From a virus: 37,713 bases of DNA. The DNA lies in the IMG/VR virus record IMGVR_UViG_3300036770_003386, positions 84,139 to 121,851 of that record. The stretch is one strand, 5' to 3'. Positions 31,829-37,713 of the stretch are shown piece by piece (position 1 is the first letter of the stretch; every line of letters starts with the position of its first letter). Both the position numbers and the translations under genes were made by a program. The notes under the pieces were generated by a model. It searched no databases. It worked only from the letters and a program-made list of their open reading frames with translations, and had not been told where the DNA came from.

Positions 31829-32025
31829 TTCAGTTGCTCCAAAACACCAATAAAAGTATCAATACAATCTTTGGGAATGTGAAAAGGTTCCCCTGTTTTA
31901 GTTTCTTCAACTCCGTGAGTTGTATATTGATTAATCTCTACAAGACCTTGACCATCATCAGTAAATTGGTAGAACCAACCATCTTCGTGGTGAATACGGA
32001 TTTCTTGGGTGATAGAGTAAGTCAT
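31825..32025 (-). CDS. Hypothetical protein (MTYSITQEIRI)
   Basis: ATGA coupling. Confidence 0.8.
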   Translation of the reverse strand: MTYSITQEIRIHHEDGWFYQFTDDGQGLVEINQYTTHGVEETKTGEPFHIPKDCIDTFIGVLEQLK

Positions 32026-32252
32026 TTGATCGTCACAGTTTGATTTTTGATTTGGCAAAGACGGGAAAGATTATCACCCGCAGTAGCAACTTGGAAGAAG
32101 TTGTAGTTAGTCCCACACTGTTCGTTGAGTGCTTGTTGAGTTGTAATGACTTTCATAACTCCTATGATGGGAGCAACAGTAATAACCAAAACAGCACCAC
32201 CAGCAACCAAAACAATCCAAGCATCCATAAGATCAAAGTTGTTGCGTTTCAT
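32022..32252 (-). CDS. Membrane-anchored protein with Cys pair (pilin-like N-terminal helix)
   Basis: TM helix; QCGT...RLC. Confidence 0.8.
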   Translation of the reverse strand: MKRNNFDLMDAWIVLVAGGAVLVITVAPIIGVMKVITTQQALNEQCGTNYNFFQVATAGDNLSRLCQIKNQTVTIK

Positions 32253-32275
32253 TAGTCCTCTGTGTGTACAAGAGT

Positions 32276-32332
32276 ATTATAAGGCAAAAAGGGGTCTTGT
32301 GGAGACCCCCTGTGCCAGTTTGAGAAGTGTCC
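32276..32332 (-). promoter_or_regulatory. Palindrome-promoter module 21
   Basis: TGTGCCAGTTTGAGAAGTGTCC 32311-32332; GGGGTCT hairpin; -10 TATAAT; stop abuts. Confidence 0.9.
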
Positions 32333-32683
32333 TCAAACCCAAGTTCTTACACTTGCCTTTGGATGTTCTTTACAAGCACTCAAAACCTTCTCTACAAAAG
32401 GAACAAAGTCTTTGTAAGTTCCCCAACTATTAGGTGAGTTGAACTTTTTATAATACTCTGGATTTTCTTTGAGTTTCTTCAACCCTTCTTCCAGAGGAGC
32501 AATCAGTTTATCCGCAGTTGGATTTTCACAAAGGTCATATGGATGCCATAAAGCAGTATAAATCCCTGCTTCTTCTGCCATCTTATTCAGGTTGTGAGTG
32601 ATATTAGAAGAAAACAATTCAACTTTATGAGGTTCTTTTCCACCAGTATCAACTTCAACTTCTAACCAAATATCAAGAGACAT
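32333..32683 (-). CDS. Conserved phage protein (MSLDIWL..NITHNL..FNSPNSWG.Y)
   Basis: Start reassigned after module 22. Confidence 0.88.
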   Translation of the reverse strand: MSLDIWLEVEVDTGGKEPHKVELFSSNITHNLNKMAEEAGIYTALWHPYDLCENPTADKLIAPLEEGLKKLKENPEYYKKFNSPNSWGTYKDFVPFVEKVLSACKEHPKASVRTWV

Positions 32684-32707
32684 AATGGGTTCTGTGTGTA
32701 TGAGAGT

Positions 32708-32764
32708 ATTATAAGGCATCTGGGATGCCGTGAAGCACCCACTGTGCCAGTTTGAGAAGTGTCC
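32708..32764 (-). promoter_or_regulatory. Palindrome-promoter module 22
   Basis: TGTGCCAGTTTGAGAAGTGTCC 32743-32764, identical to module 21; stop abuts. Confidence 0.9.
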
Positions 32765-33154
32765 TCAATCTTTAATAAGTTCTACAAGGTCATAAAACTC
32801 ATTATAAACTTCTTCAAGACCATTAGAGTGTCCCTTTTCCCAAGCAAGGTCAAATGCCTTTTGCCTTTTAGGATTATCAGTCACATTAAAGTTCTCAAAA
32901 AGGTCATTCACAAACTCCTCGTGAAGTTTATGCTTTTCATCTGTATATTGAAGTTGGTGTGCTTTGTATCCTTCTTTATCAAGAACTACCTGAATCACAG
33001 CATCAGGATACTCTTCTTCTAATTCAGGTTTAGTTTTTTCATAGTCATGCCCAGACCAAAGAACTTCACCCTTATCATAAACATAATACTTGATGTAATC
33101 CTTTTTGTTGGGATAAGCAGTTTGTGATTTGGAGTAATAATCAAAGGGTTTCAT
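32765..33154 (-). CDS. Conserved phage protein (AWEKGHSNG.EEV)
   Basis: ORF track. Confidence 0.85.
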   Translation of the reverse strand: MKPFDYYSKSQTAYPNKKDYIKYYVYDKGEVLWSGHDYEKTKPELEEEYPDAVIQVVLDKEGYKAHQLQYTDEKHKLHEEFVNDLFENFNVTDNPKRQKAFDLAWEKGHSNGLEEVYNEFYDLVELIKD

Positions 33155-33164
33155 TTCAGTTTCC

Positions 33165-33491
33165 TCAAAATTGATGTTTAATTTCTTCTTCTGTTGCTAT
33201 CTCCACAATAGGATAACTCACATCTTCATAATCATACAATTGAAAATCTTTAATCAGGTCTGTAACAACATTATCACACAGATAATCAGCAAAAAATCCT
33301 GTATCAAGTTCTCCGTCATTTGTAAGCATATCATTCTTATGCTTTTCAGGGTCAAACCTCACATAAAAAGTTACTTTATAACCTTTTAGATTTTCCAAAG
33401 CATTCTTCACATTCTGTTGTTCCTTATGCTTTTGGATTTGAAGTTCAAGTTCGTTGAGTTGTTCTTCGGTCAGTTGCGAAAGGTCAATCAT
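33165..33491 (-). CDS. Hypothetical protein
   Basis: ORF after module 23. Confidence 0.85.
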   Translation of the reverse strand: MIDLSQLTEEQLNELELQIQKHKEQQNVKNALENLKGYKVTFYVRFDPEKHKNDMLTNDGELDTGFFADYLCDNVVTDLIKDFQLYDYEDVSYPIVEIATEEEIKHQF

Positions 33492-33514
33492 CAGGTGTCT
33501 GTGTCTATGAGAGT

Positions 33515-33571
33515 ATTATAAGGCAAAAAGAGCACCTTTGGAGTGCCCCTGTGCCAGTTATTCAAGTGTCC
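33515..33571 (-). promoter_or_regulatory. Palindrome-promoter module 23
   Basis: TGTGCCAGTTATTCAAGTGTCC 33550-33571; -10 TATAAT; stop at 33562 inside. Confidence 0.9.
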
Positions 33572-33714
33572 TCACCCAAGTTCTTATAAATCGCATCCAT
33601 CCATATCTTATCAATATATTTCCGTTCTTCATCAGTAATCATATTTGCTCTCATCCACTCTTCAAAGGTGATGTTATTATCATCCAAGTATTTTTGGAGT
33701 TCTTCAAAGTTCAT
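33562..33714 (-). CDS. Small hypothetical protein (ends GEDT)
   Basis: Start at ATG 33714 with GAGG RBS. Confidence 0.75.
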   Translation of the reverse strand: MNFEELQKYLDDNNITFEEWMRANMITDEERKYIDKIWMDAIYKNLGEDT

Positions 33715-33958
33715 AAAGCATAACCTCAAAGGTGATTTCATTAACCATAATATTCCCATCATTTACCATACTCATACTGACTACCTTTGCTTTTCCTTGT
33801 TTGATTTTCTCTGCGACTTGTTGAAAAGAAACATTCACACTATCAGGGTCATAAGTTGTGAGTTTTGATAGTTTTGGTTTCTCTACTGGTTTTGGAGGCT
33901 CTGGTGGTTTTGGATTGTGGATTTCATTATATTTTTCAATTAGAGGATTAGTCATCAT
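33704..33958 (-). CDS. Hypothetical protein (Pro-rich linker)
   Basis: ORF track. Confidence 0.75.
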   Translation of the reverse strand: MMTNPLIEKYNEIHNPKPPEPPKPVEKPKLSKLTTYDPDSVNVSFQQVAEKIKQGKAKVVSMSMVNDGNIMVNEITFEVMLYEL

Positions 33959-34482
33959 ACATCAATCCACTTGAACCCCAAGAGTTTGTCCATACAAAAA
34001 CGAACTACAAAATTCGGTTTTTCATCCATAAAATACTTAAAATACTTACGGTTACCGAATGTATAATAACCGACTTCTTTACCACCTTCTTTAATTATAA
34101 AACTGGAAGTAAAATTATTTGTTCCAAGATTATCACTATAAATTAATCTATGTTTTTCTGGAAATCTTCCATTTTTACGAGCATACTCAAAGTCCTCAAT
34201 AATTCTATTGAACCTTTGATTGTAGTAATACTCTTGATGACATTTGAGTTCAGCAAACTTATGCTTGATACTCTCAATATGTTTATCAATCTTCTCATCA
34301 AATTCCTGTGAGATTTCTTCTAATGACTTGCGTGGTTCTGGAATATCAAGATAAGGTTTGATTACATCAAAATACTCAAAATCTTCGGTGTAATAAAAAG
34401 CACCACAAACATAGGGAAGAATACTTTGAGGTGCTCCTTTGAGTTTCTTTGGATTGAGTTTGTATCCTATTTTTTCAGTCAT
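33955..34482 (-). CDS. Hypothetical protein (KPNFVVRFCM..LLGFKW tail)
   Basis: TGATG coupling. Confidence 0.85.
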   Translation of the reverse strand: MTEKIGYKLNPKKLKGAPQSILPYVCGAFYYTEDFEYFDVIKPYLDIPEPRKSLEEISQEFDEKIDKHIESIKHKFAELKCHQEYYYNQRFNRIIEDFEYARKNGRFPEKHRLIYSDNLGTNNFTSSFIIKEGGKEVGYYTFGNRKYFKYFMDEKPNFVVRFCMDKLLGFKWIDV

Positions 34483-34772
34483 CACCACTCTGTCTCCACC
34501 ATAACATAATTCCTCAAATAATCGGGAAGGTTTTCTTTCAAGTATTCTAACATATAATCCTGTAAATCATAAGCAGTTGGAGAACATTCTTCAATCAACA
34601 CACCATACTCCAAATCCTCATCGTGAATACTATACTTCACCCATACATCCACCACTCGTAGGTCAGCATAATTTACACCACCAAATCGTTCTGTCGAATT
34701 CTTATGGAGTTCCAGGGCTTTATTAGCAACCTCTTGAATGAGGATTAGATTTTCTTTGATGGTGTCGTTCAT
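34482..34772 (-). CDS. Hypothetical protein (FGGVNYADL)
   Basis: ATGA coupling. Confidence 0.8.
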   Translation of the reverse strand: MNDTIKENLILIQEVANKALELHKNSTERFGGVNYADLRVVDVWVKYSIHDEDLEYGVLIEECSPTAYDLQDYMLEYLKENLPDYLRNYVMVETEW

Positions 34773-35197
34773 TTGAGGTTCTCCCGAATAGTTTTTAGAC
34801 AATTGTTCCAACCATCATCTGTAAATTTAGTGCTATTTTCTACGGAAGAAGGCAACCAAGCATCAATCCTATGCACAAGTACTTCACAAGTTGGTTGATT
34901 ATCATCATCACACCACTCACGGATAATCTCAAAGAGTGTCTGTGGTTTAGGTGGTTCCACTTTCTTATATTCTACACCGTCAATTTTCACCGTATCTTCA
35001 TCAAGTCGTTGAAAGACTTTCATAGTATAATCCATAGCACTTCCGTATTTTTTCTGTTCTACGATGATTTCGGGATTAGTCATTTGAGATTTCTTATAAA
35101 GACAATATTCTGGTTCAAAACAACCACCTTGAGTTGCGTTGGTTTCTACATCTACTGGTGCATAACAGAACCCACAATCCCAGTATTTACATTTCAT
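34769..35197 (-). CDS. Hypothetical protein with Cys-rich N-terminus
   Basis: CKYWDCGFCY..C..C; WLP..GWNNCL. Confidence 0.85.
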   Translation of the reverse strand: MKCKYWDCGFCYAPVDVETNATQGGCFEPEYCLYKKSQMTNPEIIVEQKKYGSAMDYTMKVFQRLDEDTVKIDGVEYKKVEPPKPQTLFEIIREWCDDDNQPTCEVLVHRIDAWLPSSVENSTKFTDDGWNNCLKTIRENLK

Positions 35198-35475
35198 TTG
35201 GTTCCATCACAATAGATATGAGGATAAGTGTCAGGATACTTCGCAGGTGGTTTTGAAACTATAGGAGGAATTGTATAAGGAATAGGATTTGGATTTGTGA
35301 GAGGAGTATAAGGAGTGTTATAAAGTAGTGGAGATTTACTCAAATACTCTTCTACGATGTTACAGTCCCAACCATCTGCATAAATCTCCTTACCATAATC
35401 AACAGCATCTGGTCGTGCGGGAAAGGAAGCAACATAAGTTCCTTTGTGATAGAGTGAATAAACTTTCATAATCAA
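35194..35475 (-). CDS. Hypothetical protein, Pro-rich C-terminus
   Basis: ORF track. Confidence 0.75.
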   Translation of the reverse strand: MIMKVYSLYHKGTYVASFPARPDAVDYGKEIYADGWDCNIVEEYLSKSPLLYNTPYTPLTNPNPIPYTIPPIVSKPPAKYPDTYPHIYCDGTK

Positions 35476-35633
35476 TCAGTAGTTTTAGAAGAACTATAAT
35501 AGGATTGAAGCAAAACAGCAACAAAAAGAAACCATCCCCAACCAGCAATCCCGTGAAAAGCAAGAATGGTTGCTCCAATCACACAAGCAATAGAAGGTAG
35601 ATTAACAAGAAGTAGAATAAGTGCGTGGTTCAT
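35472..35633 (-). CDS. Small membrane protein (GWGWFLF)
   Basis: Start reassigned after module 24. Confidence 0.8.
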   Translation of the reverse strand: MNHALILLLVNLPSIACVIGATILAFHGIAGWGWFLFVAVLLQSYYSSSKTTD

Positions 35634-35654
35634 CGGTTCTTTGTTTGTAGAGTT

Positions 35655-35712
35655 ATTATACGACAAAAGGCACCTGATTTCAAGTGCCTTTGTGACGGTT
35701 TCTCAAGTGTCC
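35655..35712 (-). promoter_or_regulatory. Palindrome-promoter module 24
   Basis: TGTGACGGTTTCTCAAGTGTCC 35691-35712; TTGAAA-17-TATAAT; stop at 35703 inside. Confidence 0.85.
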
Positions 35713-35993
35713 TCACCAAACTCCTTTTTGAGTTGTTCATATGCCTTACGACGATTTTCTTTTCGTTCTTCTTCCAGTTTCATTCTCTTTTCATACTCTT
35801 CATCATTTTCAAGTCGGGTTTTGTAGACATAGTATTCTCTTTGATTATCGTAATTATAATCATAATCAATACCTTCCCAACCATCTTCCTTACACTTTTG
35901 AAGAGTAGAAATGATATCGTCTATTTTACCATCAAACTCACCACACAAATAAAAATCTTTCCTTTCTTTGATTGTAATGCGTTCAGCAGTCAT
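35703..35993 (-). CDS. Hypothetical protein, paralog of 36817..37146 (ends GEDT)
   Basis: FDGKIDDII..LQ..GWEGI..YK.RLENDEEY. Confidence 0.85.
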   Translation of the reverse strand: MTAERITIKERKDFYLCGEFDGKIDDIISTLQKCKEDGWEGIDYDYNYDNQREYYVYKTRLENDEEYEKRMKLEEERKENRRKAYEQLKKEFGEDT

Positions 35994-36016
35994 CAGTCCT
36001 CTGTGTGTATAGAAGT

Positions 36017-36074
36017 ATTATACAACAAAGGACACCTGATTTCAAGTGCCCTTGTGCCAGTTTAGTAAGTGTCC
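36017..36074 (-). promoter_or_regulatory. Palindrome-promoter module 25
   Basis: TGTGCCAGTTTAGTAAGTGTCC 36053-36074; TTGAAA-17-TATAAT; stop abuts. Confidence 0.9.
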
Positions 36075-36464
36075 TTATCGTCCAAACCTATTGTAAAGGA
36101 ACACTCTTCCACCTCCCGTAGGAACAGTAACCACAATTTCATAGCCCAGTTTAGTAATCATAGTTGCCAGATTGCTTCCGTGACTTTTAGCACTACAAGA
36201 AGTATGAGGATAATGGTCAATAAACTCCACACTCTTACAAGGATTTTCAAGTGCTTCTGTGATTGCTTTGTGATAAAGAATGGTAGTTCTACCCGTGCCT
36301 CTGGTTGTTGCTTCTTCGTATTTTTGAAGAACATCATCAATTAAACTCATAGTATCACCACAGTTGTTGATAGAACACCATTTGTACTTATCAACAAGAC
36401 TTTGAATTATTTTGAGTGCCTCGTAAAGTTCTTGAGCAAGTCGTTGTTTGTAGTCAGTAGTCAT
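36075..36464 (-). CDS. Hypothetical protein with P-loop-like RGTGRTT
   Basis: ORF track; AGGAG RBS. Confidence 0.8.
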   Translation of the reverse strand: MTTDYKQRLAQELYEALKIIQSLVDKYKWCSINNCGDTMSLIDDVLQKYEEATTRGTGRTTILYHKAITEALENPCKSVEFIDHYPHTSCSAKSHGSNLATMITKLGYEIVVTVPTGGGRVFLYNRFGR

Positions 36465-36466
36465 TT

Positions 36467-36730
36467 TTATTCTCCTCCAATATGAGATGTTGGTTTTTCG
36501 TCAGGATTGCGACTTACAGAAGCACACCATTCTCTACCGTCATATACTCCTGGAAAGTATGTTCTTTTATGTGTCCAAAGAGTGAATGGTGTTCCTTCAC
36601 TACATCCATAACCATCATCAAACTCTTTGAGTAGTTCTTCTTCTGTGAGAGTGGAACTTACAACATCATCAAAGGTTTCTTTATGTTTCTTCATTTCGTG
36701 TTGAATGAGTTCTTTCCAGTTAGTGTTCAT
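36467..36730 (-). CDS. Conserved phage protein (FDDGYG..G.PFTLWT..YFP.VYDG.EW..SV.RNP)
   Basis: Widespread phage motif. Confidence 0.88.
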   Translation of the reverse strand: MNTNWKELIQHEMKKHKETFDDVVSSTLTEEELLKEFDDGYGCSEGTPFTLWTHKRTYFPGVYDGREWCASVSRNPDEKPTSHIGGE

Positions 36731-36759
36731 TTACAATCCCTTTGGTTGATTATAAAATC

Positions 36760-36817
36760 ATTATACGACAAAGGACACCTGAAATCAAGTGCCCGTGTTC
36801 CAGTTCGTAAAGTGTCC
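36760..36817 (-). promoter_or_regulatory. Palindrome-promoter module 26
   Basis: TGTTCCAGTTCGTAAAGTGTCC 36796-36817; -10 TATAAT; stop abuts. Confidence 0.9.
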
Positions 36818-37146
36818 TACAGACCCAAGAGTTTTTTGTCGGCATCACTCAAGGAAGCAAGGTCTTTCTTGAGTTGTTGAAGTTTTCGTTCCTTTGCTTT
36901 TGCTTTTTCTGCTTTTTCTTTCTCCAGTTGTTTTACTCGTTTATTATACTCTTTGTCGTTTTCTTCCCGATGCTTGTAGAGATAATAGTCACCATCCTCA
37001 TATGGTTCCCAATTATATTCAAGTCCTTCCCAACCAGCATCTAACTTTGCTTGAAGTGCGGCAATAATGTCTTCAAGTTTTCCATCAAAATCTTCCCAAT
37101 ATTTTTGGGTTTCTTTGACTTGAATTCGTTCAGGTTGGTTAGTCAT
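36817..37146 (-). CDS. Hypothetical protein, paralog of 35703..35993
   Basis: FDGKLEDII..LQ..GWEGL..YKHREENDKEY. Confidence 0.85.
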   Translation of the reverse strand: MTNQPERIQVKETQKYWEDFDGKLEDIIAALQAKLDAGWEGLEYNWEPYEDGDYYLYKHREENDKEYNKRVKQLEKEKAEKAKAKERKLQQLKKDLASLSDADKKLLGL

Positions 37147-37349
37147 AATGTCGAATTAAACTCATATTCGTGTGCGATTGCTATTTTTTGGAGGTCTTTG
37201 ATTTGAGTTTCAAGACTATCAATTCTATCAATAAGTTCCCCAAAAAGACCAATTAAACATTCATAGTCAATAGTTTCTGTAGTTTCACCATCTTCTCTAC
37301 TAGAATAAGTGAAATAGCATAGTTCTTTCTTTAGATTTCTTTCAGTCAT
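37143..37349 (-). CDS. Hypothetical protein (MTERNLKKEL)
   Basis: Start reassigned to ATG 37349. Confidence 0.75.
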   Translation of the reverse strand: MTERNLKKELCYFTYSSREDGETTETIDYECLIGLFGELIDRIDSLETQIKDLQKIAIAHEYEFNSTL

Positions 37350-37518
37350 TTTTTTTATGTTCGAGCAGTTGGAACTTATGCATATGAGATTTTGATTCAA
37401 GTTCTTCTGTGCGTTCAAATAATTCTTTTAGAACATCAAAAAGTTTCTCCTTATAATTTTCATCATTATCTTCACCATCAAAGATAAAAGATAGTTTTTC
37501 CCAATAGTCATTAGTCAT
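37342..37518 (-). CDS. Small hypothetical protein (58 aa)
   Basis: Manual ORF MTNDYWEKLSF. Confidence 0.65.
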   Translation of the reverse strand: MTNDYWEKLSFIFDGEDNDENYKEKLFDVLKELFERTEELESKSHMHKFQLLEHKKND

Positions 37519-37663
37519 TTTTCAGTTTCAGCACATTATTGATTTGAGTGCGGATTTTTGATGCCTTTTGTTCCGTTTCTTCCAACTCTTCCATAAGCAT
37601 TCGTAGAGTTTTGGTTTTCATAATTGTGTTGATGTAGTTGTTGTTCATAGTTGTGTTAGTCAT
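37511..37663 (-). CDS. Small hypothetical protein (50 aa)
   Basis: Manual ORF with GAGG RBS. Confidence 0.6.
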   Translation of the reverse strand: MTNTTMNNNYINTIMKTKTLRMLMEELEETEQKASKIRTQINNVLKLKND

Positions 37664-37713
37664 TTTTGTAATACCTCTATAATAAGTTTTAGATTGTCGT
37701 TAATATCAAGAAG

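Noticed and set aside
2615-35666. Long N-terminal extensions of track ORFs (e.g. starts 3265, 4524, 6077, 17475, 27551, 28786, 32719, 35666)
   Set aside because: Extensions run through promoter modules, tRNA or upstream genes; recurring NWHT/LAH peptides are just the translated palindrome
36075-36464. ATPase/terminase call from RGTGRTT
   Set aside because: Arg replaces the Walker A Lys and the protein is too short for a full P-loop domain
1250-36817. Repeated palindrome as a CRISPR array
   Set aside because: Copies are separated by hundreds to thousands of bp of genes, are degenerate, and no cas genes are present
1250-36817. Palindrome as host CRP (TGTGA-N6-TCACA) or NtcA (GTA-N8-TAC) site
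   Set aside because: Arm spacing is N14 between TGTG(C/A) arms and the core CCAGTT fits neither consensus
446-36880. Most plus-strand ORFs in the track other than 8427..9167
   Set aside because: They are antisense shadows of well-formed minus-strand genes, with no motifs or ribosome-binding context

Overview
Segment of a T4-like (myovirus-type) cyanophage genome. The evidence is a cp12 gene, TATAAATA late promoters, T4 capsid-targeting leaders, tRNA-Leu(TAA) and tRNA-Met/Ile2(CAT), and GIY-YIG/HNH homing endonucleases. Almost all genes are short, tightly packed, minus-strand accessory ORFs, many under 60 aa and absent from the supplied track. The region is punctuated by about 26 copies of a module: a 24-bp imperfect palindrome (ideal TGTGCCAGTT-N4-AACTGGCACA), a 28-31 bp hairpin-containing spacer and a sigma70 -10 box. 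The stop codon of the upstream gene falls in or against the palindrome in 19 copies. Other highlights are a putative restriction-endonuclease plus Mom-like DNA-modifier cassette (16263-17430), a late operon of three proteins with capsid-targeting leaders carrying ADP-ribosyltransferase-like and GNAT domains (9164-11707), and a duplicated divergent non-coding element with a fixed 37-nt variable core (about 1304-1383 and 3215-3294). All calls are by eye; no database searches were run.
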